A stretch of 64,000 bases of DNA, taken from positions 11,980,879 through 12,044,878 of the forward strand of contig MU053881.1 in NCBI GenBank assembly GCA_013239625.1. Direction: 5' to 3'. Under the pieces are notes generated by a model that worked only from the letters and a program-made list of their open reading frames with translations, was not told the DNA's origin and ran no database searches. The DNA comes from Lama guanicoe. Lineage: Eukaryota. The translations under genes were made by a program, and so were the position numbers. The stretch's first letter is position 1, and every line of letters starts with the position of its first letter. Below are positions 38,425-50,949 of this stretch, in pieces.

Positions 38425-38920
38425 GCTCATTCATCCAGTCATTCAATGTATTTTTAATTGAGTCCCTATTACCAGGCACTGTTCTGAACACTGGGCATAC
38501 CACGCGTCAAAAATGAGGACAGACAAGGTAGCGTCCACCCTAACTGAGGCAAGGGGAGTGATGACAGAAACTAATAAAGAAACCAAAAATTTCAGGGGCT
38601 GTGGAGAAGATAACATAGGGTAAAGGGATGCCATGTCACTATGGGGTGGATAGAGACTGAATTTTTGCTGAGCGTTCAGGAAAGTTCTCCAGAAACACCT
38701 GGGAGAACATTCAGGCAGAGGAAATGGTCAGCGTAAGATTTTTGCTGTAGGAATGAGTCTGTGTGTACAAGGAACGGAAAAAAAAAAAAAAAAAAGAGCA
38801 ACCAGGGTATGGTGAGTGCAGGGGAGGGGGCTCGTAGATGAGGTCAGTGCCTTTGGGTCTTGCATAGACACAATGTGGTTTATGTTTTAAAATATCACTC
38901 TGCCTACTCTGTGGGGAGGT
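38425..38920 (-). mobile_element. L2 3' end
   Basis: CATTCATCCAGTCATTCAA...TTGAGTCCCTATTACCAGGCACTGTTCT...AACATTCAGGCAGAGGAAA. Confidence 0.7.
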
Positions 38921-41894
38921 ACTTTAAGTCTCTTATCTCATTTAATGCCCACCACCATGCCAGGCCATGAGGTAACTACTACAACCACTCCCACCTTAGA
39001 AAGGCTAGGCAGATTAGCCAAAGGCACAACTAGTTAGTGAGAGAGCTGACCTTCCAGATGCACTCAGGGGCCTTAACCACTGTGCTTTGCCGTTTCCAGG
39101 GAAGCAGAAACCTGATACATTTAAAGTTTCTTCCAAATCCAAGGCTATCAGTACCCCACTGTCACAGGTGAACAGATTCCCTTCAAAAAGGATCCGTCAT
39201 CCCATCCCCCACTGTGCCCACAGTCCAGCACACAAAGCCGGATTTTAGAAGTGGATTCTCCTATTCACTGCCCTTCAGCTAGTTACTTGAGATTTGTCCT
39301 ATCTCCCAGCTGTCCCCAGGGGTATATCTATGCTCCATCTCTTCAACCTGTGATCACACTGGCTCCTTCTGAGCACAGCCATGATGCATGCAGTTCAGGG
39401 TCTCCCCTCCTTGTCTCTGTGAATGCTGTCTGTGTCTTCATGGGCTCAGTCCAAAGGTTCCTCATCATTACACATCCAGCAGGAGGTTAGCTACCTGGAG
39501 CAGTCTCATTATGGGCAAACAAAAATAAATAGTTTGACATTTATATATTACTCTATTAAAGTAATTTCTCTAAGGCAATAAAAAATTATTATTTTTACTT
39601 TTCTTCTGTATTTATCAGGCCTGAAACATACAGTAAGAATTACATCACCAAAAGATTATATAAAGTGTGAATAATAATAATTGTCCCAAGTTCATTTAAA
39701 AATAGCATTTGCTAACTAGTGGTTGATATTTTGTAAATAGGCAATAATGTGGGGAAAACAAAATTTAACCCTCATTTAAACGAAGACATTTAATAGGCAT
39801 CACTGTTTACTGTCTGTCTGTCTGTCTGTCTAATTCATTGCTAAATCATTTATCCATAAAGATAAAATATCAATAGAAAAATGCCATTGGAAGACATCCA
39901 AATAAAACTGTAATTACAACCAAAATCTGTTGACTTCTGCCAAAATCTATCAGCTCTTGCACTTAGATGTCATGACTATATTGCCGGCCAGAACTATTTT
40001 TCCTTTAGAGAGGGAAAAAGAAAAAAAAAAAAAAAAAAAAAAAAAGCAGCCACTGTTTTTCTACTTTCCCATATGAGTGAGAGTAATGAACAAGTAAGAA
40101 AAAGTGAGACGATTAAATTCACACACTTAGATATTCTCCATGTCTTACACAGACTAGAGGAACAAAAACAGAAAAGACAATACAATGGTGAAAGGAAGAG
40201 AGAAGAAAATCACAAATCTCAGCTAAGAAATTACCTAAACGGGGGCAAGAACACAGAGCAGGGAAGCAGAGGATGTTCCTCCAGCTCTGACTTGTCACGT
40301 GAGACATTTGACCACACTGTGCCTTATTCAAAGGAGGCAGACAGCATCACTTTTTACCCACTGGATTCAGTAGATACATAAGAAAGTTTGGAAAACTCGC
40401 TAGATGTAGGTGGTCAATCTTTACGCTTAACATTCTCGGCCTCCTTATCTCCCAGCTTGCTGCTGACCATGTAGAATCCATGACAAGAGGTGCCAGAAAC
40501 TTAATTATTAAGATAAAGGATATTTTATTACATTTTTTAAAAAATCAAAGTTAATGCAAAATCCATGGTGACCCAAATATCAACATATCAAAAATAATTA
40601 AATCAGTGTTACTGATTTCTCCATTGGACCTTAGGCTCCAGCATGGCACTGTGAATTTTTTTGCATTGATTTTGATTTTTTATATATTATATGTAAGTAT
40701 AGTTTATCCTGACTACATCCATTAAATATTACATGTGAGGCAAATGCTTCCCTCCCCTCACTCACCTTACCCCAGCCCCTTTCTCTGTCTGCCAACCAAT
40801 TCCCTAGGAATTCTGACCAAACCAGAGTCGGTGTTATGAGTGCAGATGAAAAATGGCAGACAAAAGTCACCAGCTAAAGTGCAAAATAATAAATGTGGTG
40901 GAAACCTAATGATCTGTAGGGCCTGTTCTGTTTGTGTCTATACCTGCCTTCTGTTTCTCCCCTGAAGAATCCCCGATGGAAAGCTCACGTTAACCAGGTG
41001 CTCCAAGAAAGCTACCGAATATTCTGAGACATTTGCAGCCTTCCCTGATGATATCTAGGGTCAAGAAGTCTATCCCATGAAGTGTCAGATTTTTTTCTCA
41101 GCCTCTCCTCTGCTATTCTTCTCCCTGTATCTTGAGTCCCTTGAAATGCTTCTGAAAATTTGGGGCTCAGATATCTAGCTTTGTAGAACTAGCTTCTCCT
41201 CCAAGACAGCTGGTTTATCAAAAATTTTCCCAAAAGAGAGAAGAAAGCTTTTTCCTAAGAAGAAATCTATTAACTAATTTTACTCTTCACCATCCTGCTA
41301 TAAAATATATATAAACGTGATGAAAGCATAAGGCACATTATACGGGTCAAAAAGATTTCCTTTAGGAGCCTTTGTCCAATCTGAAATTGATCATTTTCTC
41401 TCTTCTCATTCATTTCCTAATGCCAGCAAAAAATTCCATCTACGGTAACAGAAATAGCTTTCTTTCTACAGAAATAGCTTTCTCTCTTTCAAGTTACTTT
41501 TTTATTTTAATTTTAATGGCAATCTTTGCTCTGGATCCTTCATCCTCGCCCGTGGCCACTATGTATGGGTTTTTCTCTAGATCTCTGTGGGAAGAGAAAT
41601 ATCTGGAGGAGACTTCTGAGGTCCATGTGTGGTCCAGAAGAGAAAAGCATGGCCCCAGTACTGGTCTCAGAATGCTAGGGATGAGCAGTGAAACCAGAAC
41701 ACTCGCTTTTCCTGTACTACATCTTATTTCCCTGAAACGCACCTGAGCTGTGGGCTCCCAGAGATACAAACTGTTCCCATGCACCCAATGCTTTTTTAGA
41801 GCATCATGCCTTTGAACTTGCTGGTTCCGCTGGCTGGAACACCCTTCCTTTCTCTGCCTGACAATACTCAAAAGTCTCTCTGCCTAGGAAGCTG

Positions 41895-42165
41895 TTGAAA
41901 GTTTCCTATTGCTGTGGCAACAAATTATTTAAAACAACACAAATGTATCGACCTCACCAGTGCTGGAAGTGAGAAGTCCAAGAAAGACCTGCAGGTTCTT
42001 GCATCTATTTCCTTGTCTTTCCCATCTCCTTCACGCCACCTACATTCTTTGCCTCTTGGGCCCTTCCTCCATCTTAAAAACCATCAGAGTGGCATCTTCT
42101 TATTTCTCTCTCTCTCTCTTCCATCATCACATTGCCTTTTCCTATCTTTATAGATAAGCCCTGTG
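41895..42165 (-). mobile_element. MLT1-type MaLR LTR fragment
   Basis: GTTTCCTATTGCTGTGGCAACAAATTA...AAACAACACAAAT...CTGGAAGTGAGAAGTCCAAG. Confidence 0.65.
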
Positions 42166-44169
42166 GGCAACCGCTTCTACTTGGCTCTGAAGAGAGCACA
42201 CACAACACAGGTTCTGTTGTAGACAAAGTGAAGATTTACTCCACTCTGGGAAATTAGTGAAGGCTTCTGTGATGGATAGAATAATTCCACTTAAATTTTC
42301 TCTATCCAGCCCCAATGGTAGTACAGAATTTATTCCTCTCATGGGCACTCAATATAGAGTTCAAAAGCAAGAAAGACAAGTACAGTCCATTTCCATACTC
42401 TGTACCCCCAGAAGACATTATTAATCAATCCATAACATTCTCCCCATCAGCTTAGACATGCATCAGAATCCTTCTCAACACTAGGCTCTAGGTAGCATCT
42501 ACCAAATAGTTGATCTTAGTTGATCTTGCCATTTGACTTCAAACCTACTTCTCATTCCCTGGGTCAAAGGGTGTTTACTGGCTAGAAAGAATCAAAGAAA
42601 CAGAGGAAATCCAACTGCCCATTTAAACAATGCTACTTTCTTTAAGGCACAACCATGCTTCATTTCTTTTCGTTTTTTAGTATAAGAGAATTGTTCATTT
42701 ACCAAGAACTCAGTGGAGCAACAGTGCCACCCGATGGCTGGTTAGGTGAGTTTTGCATTTAACTGTACCATTTTAACAGAGACACTGTCTTCCACAGATA
42801 AAAATGGGAACTGGAATTGGCTATTAGCTGCTCAAGCTGCTTTTCACCGTTTTTCTAAATGATAGATACACAGAAGGTAGGAGGCATCCTGAGAAATGGA
42901 ACAGTCTTGAAACAAAACTTCCAGCACGTTTCCGCTATCAAACAGCTCAACACAAAGAAAGGCTCCACATGAATTTACAAATGAATAGGATGGATTTCCA
43001 CCTCTCATTTATAAATAGGTAGACTGGGCAACGGTTCCCCAAGACCTCCACACAGCCCCAGGCAAGCATAGTTCTCTTTCTCTATTTTCTGATAAATCAG
43101 TGTGCTAAACACACCCTACTGGAAACCTTAGAGTGGGTATATGTTTTGCAGCATTTTCTATGCAAAATAGGAGTATAAAGGCTATGACAAGTGTTATAAA
43201 GAGAACTATTATTTAGTTTAAAAGGAAGCAGAATTTACATTTCCCAAATTGGAGACCACTCAAGCTTTGAGATTCAAGTAAGCAAAATAAATATGAGCTT
43301 TTTGCAGTGTGAAATCGAAGCTCTGACTCTATTAATAGAAGAGGTGAGTAATAGATTTCCCTGGTTGGATGGTGGTGGGTTTTTATTACCCAATCTTCGT
43401 GATCTGCATAGCCCACCAAAGTGACATTTACTAATGTGAGGTGACAGGGAGTCCCCAGGCACTGAGGTTGCAGGTTGTAAGTACTCGAGTTTTCCTTCCT
43501 TGGAGGGATTTCTTTGAAGATCTAGAGACATCCCCACAAGACTTAAGCCCAAGGAAAGGAAAAAAGCCTGCTCTTCTTTTCAACTTCCAATCAATCAGAA
43601 TGCTCATAAAGTCTTTTTTTTTTTCCCCCAAACGATGCTGATGTTCTTAAAACAACATTCCAACAGTCAAACAGAATGGGTTGGTGCTGGGCTGTTCTGA
43701 ACTTTTTTTAAATGCATAAAGTGCCATGCAAATATGTATTACTGTTTACTAGTATGGCTATTATTAATCACTTTCGAAGAAAAATAAAATCCCTAATTTG
43801 GCATCCGTTTGTGGTCCAAGGGCTTTTTTGTCTAGAACTTTTTTATTCAAACTTTGTCCTCTTATTTCATTTAGCTTTTATTTCAGTGACTTGGACTGTG
43901 TTTTGCTGATAAATATGATTAATTGGAAAAAGACTCTAGCTTTGAAAATGAAATGTATAAGCTGAACAGAGGCACCCAGGAAATATTTCATGCAAAGACC
44001 CGTGTTTTATGCATATGCTCCCAGTGAATCTGAGAAGAATATTCAATTAGATTCATGTTTCTTCATTGAGTCAGTACGTAGGAAGTTCTATTAAAAGGAG
44101 TTTCATGGGTTACTTTGGTATTTTTTTTTAATAATCATAATTTGTTCTTAGAGTGCTGAAGTTGTATGA

Positions 44170-45220
44170 AACTAGTTCAGTGAGAAACAGGATAATGTCC
44201 TGCTTGACTTACACTTTAATCTTAGTTCAGCCACAAATTACCTACGTGAATTTGAGTAAATCACTTAAAGCCTATGAGCCTCTATTCCCAACTCTGTTAA
44301 ATGGAAACACCAATAGCACAAATTCACAATATTGTTATAAGGATAAATGAGTACTATCTGTGGTGAGAGACTGGACTATCAGACACTCTCGAGTCCTCCA
44401 GTGTAACTGGAGTGGCAAGAGAGGTGAGTAGAAAGGAACACTGAAGTTAGAAAGTGACTTGTATCCCAAGAAAGTAGTCTCAGTAGAAAGCCAGAGGCAA
44501 AGAAGGAAGACAAGAAGGATTGCGGGCTCCTGGGTCAAACCACCTACATTTTAGGAGAATTTCACCCCTTGCCAGCATCATAATCACACATCTCCAAATG
44601 CTGGTTTTCTCATCTGTAACATGGGACTAGTAACAACACCTCCCCAGAAACTTTAGGGGATAAACTGAGGTAAGACATATAGAGCTCTAACACAGCTCAG
44701 AATAAACGCTACAGGTCAGGTCATCCAAAGTTAAGTAAGCCTTGTAGAAGACAGAACAACAGGGACCATAACCTGCAGAATCTACAGTAAGTTCCTGAAA
44801 TTCATAACACTCTCTGTAACCTAGTCATTTTTTTGCTATAAATGAGGCTACATTCGTACCCTTACCAGATACACGTAGTATCGGGGAGACAATCTCTGTC
44901 TTCAAAAAGTAGGAATTCTAGCTCAGGAGATAGAACACTCACATTAGTAAATGTCAAGTGAAGGGAACCCATCATGAAGACTTAGGTGCTTTTGCACAGC
45001 AGGAAAGATGGCAGATGCTGAACCGGGACTGCCCTGGTTTGACTGTTGGCATTGCCTGGCAGTGCCTCCTAGGAGGTGTCTGACCTTGAGCAAGTTACCT
45101 AACTCCACTATCACCTTACTTTTAACATCTATAAAAGAAGGTAATACTACTACTTACCTAATAGAGTTAAAATACATAAAGTACCTGGAGCATATTCAGT
45201 GCCAAATAACTATTTACTGA
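44170..45220 (+). mobile_element. Cluster of MIR fragments (~44170-44350, 44590-44700, 45010-45220)
   Basis: TTTGAGTAAATCACTTAAAGCCTATGAGCCTC; TTTTCTCATCTGTAACATGGG; TGACCTTGAGCAAGTTACCTAAC. Confidence 0.6.
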
Positions 45221-45849
45221 TACTCCTACTTCTATCACTAGTAATAAAGATTCACTAATAAAGGCATAGTTGGAGCCAATGTGTTTCAGAACTTTTCTGA
45301 TATTAGAAAGATAAAATGGTATGAACACCATATATAATAAGCATCTCAGTGAATACAGGACAGCACCCATGTTCAAATCTGTTAGTATTTCTTTAGTGTG
45401 AATTTTCACAACTGTTAACTAAATAAAGACCTATGAAGAGACTCACGTCCTGAAGTCAGATTTTGTTGATACATGAGTTCAGATCAGATTTTATCACTAG
45501 ATGAGTTTTTAAAAGCTTTTCATTTCCAAAGCTTTTTGAATTTTGGCTTTGTGGATCTGCACAGCTATGAACATTAGAGAAAGACTGAGGTTTCAGAGAG
45601 GGGCATTTTTTCCTGGTTGGTAGAGAAGAGTGGAGAAATGGCAAGCACAGCGAATTTGTGACAGACTCGCTGGTCAAAGTCAGCAGGACACCCCTGCAAG
45701 ACAGAAGGGCAGAGGAGGAGGTGAGGCTGGGGTCAAATCACCTGTGCCCCCAACAACTGTCAGCGACCAGACAAGGAGTGATCTGTCTCCATCCAAAAAT
45801 GTTAATTCTTTAGGAATCATGACACATCTTTAGACTTTGCGTGTCTCGC

Positions 45850-46071
45850 CAGGGACTGCAAGCCAACAGTTCTGGACACCCAGTGGTGGCCTTGCAGACA
45901 TATTTTGTTTGGGGATGCAGTGTTTAGTTTTTGGAATGTGGCTATTTCGAGAAGGTCACACAATTGCCACTTGCCACAGATGGTCCCCTCACTCCGTGTG
46001 GTTTTCACCCAGCTGGATTCTCTCATTTCTACCACTCTGGTCTCTGTTGGCATTGGAATTTTTGACCCCTG
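45850..46071. mobile_element. MER102-like (hAT-Charlie) fossil
   Basis: Ends CAGGGACTGCAA / TTTGACCCCTG; internal GCAGACATATTTTGTTTGG and GCCACAG...CTGTTGGCATT. Confidence 0.6.
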
Positions 46072-46361
46072 GCTGGCAAATAAAAGAAAGTAACTGTTTG
46101 AAATGAATCTTGAGATTTCAAATGATCAATTATATGGTTGAATTCATCTTATGGTCTCTATACAGACTGGCAGAGAGGTTCATCCTAAATGCCAGCTCTG
46201 ATTGGCAGTGACTTCCCAAAATGCTGTTATGAAGACCCTTTGGACTGCTGCCAGGCTCAGCGTTAGAGAGGATGAGAAAGAGAACATTCATCTGGCCTAT
46301 GTCTACTATCACTTATTCTCAGAATATAATCCAGTGAGTAAAAGTAACATATGATCTTTTC

Positions 46362-46690
46362 CTGTGTGTCCAGTATGGTAGTCGCTCACCACATATGGCC
46401 GTTAAGCACTGTGAAAATGTGACTAATCCAAGTTGAAATACACTGTTAAGTGTAAAACACACACCAGACTTCAAAGGCACTGTGCAAAAAATAATGTAAA
46501 AGATTCCATTAATAAACTTTATATGTTGATTACATAGTACAATGACAATAATCTTATATATGTATTTAATAAAATATATTATTAAAATTAATATTACCTG
46601 TTTTTAGTTTTTTTAACTTTTTTAATGTGGCTGCTCAAAAATTAGAAATCGCATGTGCATCTCATATGATATTTCTATTGGACATCACTA
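46362..46690. mobile_element. MER33-like (hAT-Charlie) fossil
   Basis: TGTCCAGTATGGTAGTC...AAGTGTAAAACACACACCAGACTTCAAAG...TTCTATTGGACATCACT, ~325 bp. Confidence 0.75.
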
Positions 46691-48491
46691 TTCCATATTA
46701 TACATGTTGATGATGATGTAATAATAAAAGTGATTTCTGACTCTCGTTTATATTATTTGTACAATTTTTGGTGACCTATAAACCCCACTAAATTATTATT
46801 TCAGCCAAAACAAAAAAGGATTTCCTGTTAACTCTTGATAGGAGAAAGATAAAGCTGCCCATGAAAGGTAACTCTTTTGATCCGCCCTGCTAAAGATTCC
46901 ACAGAACTTTGTGTTTCCAACCTAAGAACGGACATTGGAATTAACAGTAGATTACTAAGAACCTCCTTACATCAGTTATAAGCATTCTCAACTTTTGGCT
47001 GCTTATTTAATAGCTATTTTTCTAAGTTTCCATGAGAAACTGAGGACACTATATTATTACCTTTGTCGTAACATGTCATTTTTTCTTATAAGTTGAATTT
47101 AAGTCGCCTTTTTTCCCCCAGAAGCATACATGCTTTATTGTTGTTGTTACATGGATTTAAAATTAAATCTCCTGGTTTTCAGAACCCATTAGAGAAAGAT
47201 TCTTGGTTTATGGTTCATGATGCAAAAAGTACCAAGCTCCCGTGTCCAAACGGGTGTTATGCTTAGAAAAATATCCCCTGGAGGCCAACAGAGCAGCGTC
47301 TCCCCCTTCTAAGACCCAGTTACCATATTAAAGGTTGCAGATGTTCATTATCCAATTTTATTAGCTTTCTCTACAATTGGTTAAAAAAGGAAAGAAAAGA
47401 AATTACAATTCTAATTGTGACTCCGCTTAACTAGTTCAAACTGATTTAAGTATGAGCATCTGAGAAGCCTGAAAACCCAGCAGCCATTTAAAAGTCTATT
47501 TGAGCAGTAGATCACAATTCCTTAGAGAAATGGAAAGGCGCTTTATAGTCTAATGCTTCCTTTTGAACTGTATATCACTTTTTCTATTTAGAATTCATTT
47601 GAATGCAGAAATCGAGTTAGGTTCCTTTCGTTGGAGACGCTCCAAATATTTTGACAGTTATTTGAATACCATATTGACAAGCCCATTATATTTACTGGCC
47701 CTAAAACAAATAATTTCCACATATTCTAAGCTTTAAAACTCTTTAGCACAAATTATTAAAAGATTATAAAGTGTTTGTCTGTGCATTTTTAAAGGGAGGG
47801 ATTTGTGACTTCTTAAAAAAGGAAAATATTTGAATAGCAGCTATAATTCTAGTATATTCACAAATCAGTCATTAAAATGCATAGAGCAGAGTTGTTGCAG
47901 CTGTATACAGATTTTATTATTCAGACTGCTAAATGGGTGAAACATATATTTTAATTTAATGTATAATGCACAACTCAGAATGAACCAGAATGATGCTTTC
48001 TCCCCTCCTTTTCCTAAGGAGAAGCCAGAGATCCTTCAACGGGCTGGTGATAATTTCTCCTGGACAACAGCCAGCCGAGATTTATTGAATATGCCGGCAT
48101 CTCTTCATAAAACATTGCAAGAGCTGGCAGAACTTTAGTCAAAAAATCAGCCCATAACATTTCTACTTTTATTCATATATTTTCACAGGGGATTTAATTG
48201 CTAAGCCCTCAGTTCTGGTTACCAATTACGGGAAAGTTCACAAAGGGGTGTCTTCCCATTTCATTATTAAGAGAACAGAAAACTTGGGTTTGTGTGTAGG
48301 GGGGGCATTTAAAGTCCTCACTAAACAAAGCTACAAAAAAAAACCCTCAATATTACTCATAAAGGGGAGGAAAAGGTGAAGAGAGGGTGTTTATTCTCAT
48401 TTAGTAACCATAGTAAGTCAGAGAAGGTATGTTTGAAAGCAAAATAAATCATATGACATGACTGTATTCACAAGGTGCTGGAATCTCACCA

Positions 48492-48604
48492 TTTAATTTA
48501 ATTTATTTTATTTTTATGATTATTATTTTTTCTTATTGGAGTACAGTCAGTTACAATGCGTCAATTTCTGGTGTACAGCACAATGTCCCAGTCATGCGTA
48601 CACA
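48492..48604 (-). mobile_element. Short L1 3'-tail insertion
   Basis: T-rich tail, then TTATTGGAGTACAGTCAGTTACAATG...TCAATTTCTGGTGTACAGCACAAT, antisense to an L1 3' end. Confidence 0.8.
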
Positions 48605-49799
48605 GGAATTCCTCTATTTTAAATAGGCCAGACTCTTGCCTGCAGGGCTCTACCTGTAGAGCACTGTTGTCTAGTTAATGGTCAAACTTTCTCTCTAGCC
48701 AGCTGGAATGCCATCATGGGCCTCCCTGCAAAATAAAGGCCCTCCCCTTACATTTTCAGAACAAACAAAATCCCATTTATAGTTTCTCATACCTCTACAA
48801 ATACTTGCAGTCATTTCATTCCTTCGCTGAAATGTAAGGTTCTCTCGGGTGCAATTTATTCCTTTCTTAAGGTCTCCAATAAGCTCTCATTGGAGTTTGG
48901 AACTCTACTTCCACAGTACAAATCTCACTGGTAGTGCTTAACTACTTTATTGTGATAATCAGAGACTCTGAAAATAATTTTCTTGTGTCTTTCCCTGTCT
49001 AGAGACTTACACTGGTGCTTCGTCTCTGAGAAAGGACAGTGCTAAACTTCATGTCAGTTATGTTGGCTTTTGGATTAGTCAATTCGTAACCATGTCAAGA
49101 GGGGATTATATCTTTTAGCATTATGGGTAATTGCACCATTGAGAGGAACAAATTAGGGCTGAGAATTTAACGGTCTTAGGAGACTCTGAACTTGACTTAT
49201 TGAATTACTGAAGCAAACCGTGACACACAATAGCCTTCAAATCCGTGAGTGCCACAGATTCTCTGTGCTCTGTGGCATACACCTGCCACAGTCTAAAGGC
49301 CCTTTTTTTTTTTTTAACTTCAAGATGTCCAGACTGAACACAAAGCGCTATGGAATCTCTTCTAATTTTTGATCATTTGTAAGAAATCAGTCATATGGCC
49401 TCAACTTTCCATATCTAGACTGTTTCTGAAACATCCTCAGTATTTATTCATGTTTTATCCACTACTCTCTAAAAGGAGTTTGAGGATTCCTTATAATAAG
49501 GGAGATAAATAAATCTCGTAACTTAAATAAAACAGAAAAGGAATTCAGGACCATGGAGTGGTAGAACGTGTGAATATGCTACCTCCTGGAGCAAGTGTAA
49601 CTGAAATTGGACTTAACACGTAACTTGATGCTTCTTGCTGACAGTACAAAAGAACACAAGCCATGCTCCACAGTTTCTTTCCCTTGTTTCTAAAACATAG
49701 TTATCCTTGTTATCCACATCTGTATGACTTTGTGGCCCCAGTGCCTTGTATGTTCAAAATTCATCACATCAATGTATCAAAATAAGAAAAAAAATGGAG

Positions 49800-50725
49800 G
49801 TAAGATTACTCTAACATCTTAATTCATCTTCCTTTACTTGTTAGAGAAAAATATGATCTTAATCTCTTCCAAAGACCATGCCTGACATCTGTGCTATTGG
49901 TTTTATTCTACTTCTTCTGGAATCTTCTTGATCAATTAGCTACTTTCTCTTGCATCCTAACTCACTCTCATCCCTTTCCTTTTGTTTATAAGTGTTGTAA
50001 GTGTCTCCTATTAAGAAAAAGCTTTCTTCCGTTCAGTCTCATTTTCAAGCCTACTATACTCATCTCTTTGCCTTTTTGATGATCAGATTTCTTAAATGAA
50101 TACAGTATTCTCACATTCTTACGTCCCTAATTCTCTGGACTATTGTCAGAAATCCCTAACATTTATCTAGAAAACTTTCTCATGACTCCCTGTTTGCCAA
50201 ATTCAAAAGCACCTCCTCTCTTCCCTTCAGTCCACCTCGAATTTATCCCTAAAATAGCTTAACTCCTGCTCCCAATCTCTCCTCTTGCTGATGCACTGTA
50301 TTTCTATCAAAGTTAACTTTCTAAACAAATGCTGGATTATATCACTCGGAAAACGCAAGACCATTCTCAGCTAAATTTTACCTCATTTCCATATACTCCC
50401 TACATGTACACACACACTCACCTCTAAGACACACACCCACACGGAGATTTAGCTATTCAGAGCTCATGCCACGATGACACTGCTCTACTGAGAATCCCCT
50501 TCCTCCACTCGTCCACTTCGCAAACTCCTGCTCTTTAGTTCTCTCTGTTCCACGTTGAAAAATTCATCCTGTGTGTTGCCAACATACTTAATTAGGTTAC
50601 ATGACAGTTATTTGTGTATATATCTGTCCCCTCTAAAATGCAAACTCATCACAGGAAGAGAATTTGTCTTATTCCCCTTTGAATCTGATAATTTACTCTG
50701 TAATAAAAACTTAACAAATTATCAT
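49800..50725 (+). mobile_element. L2 fragment
   Basis: Pyrimidine-rich L2-like tract ending in TATCTGTCCCCTCTAAAATGCAAACTC...AGAGAATTTGTCTTATTC. Confidence 0.5.
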
Positions 50726-50949
50726 GTTAGTCTAATGTATACTATTCTGCTATTGATCCCAGATATGTGTGTACAGACAGTAAAATACAGATGACTTAGG
50801 TGGCTTTGGTCACATTCCATTTCTATGGTGTTGTCAACTGTCCTTGGCTGCTCAGAACTCACCATGGGCATGTTTTCACTATCTACAGCCTAACACTGAA
50901 ACATGGACCAGAAGTGCCAATCACAGTATTTTAACATATCATTATCAAC

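Noticed and set aside
49245..49282. Hairpin TGCCACAGA...TCTGTGGCA as a miRNA
   Set aside because: Stem of ~14 bp is too short for a pre-miRNA
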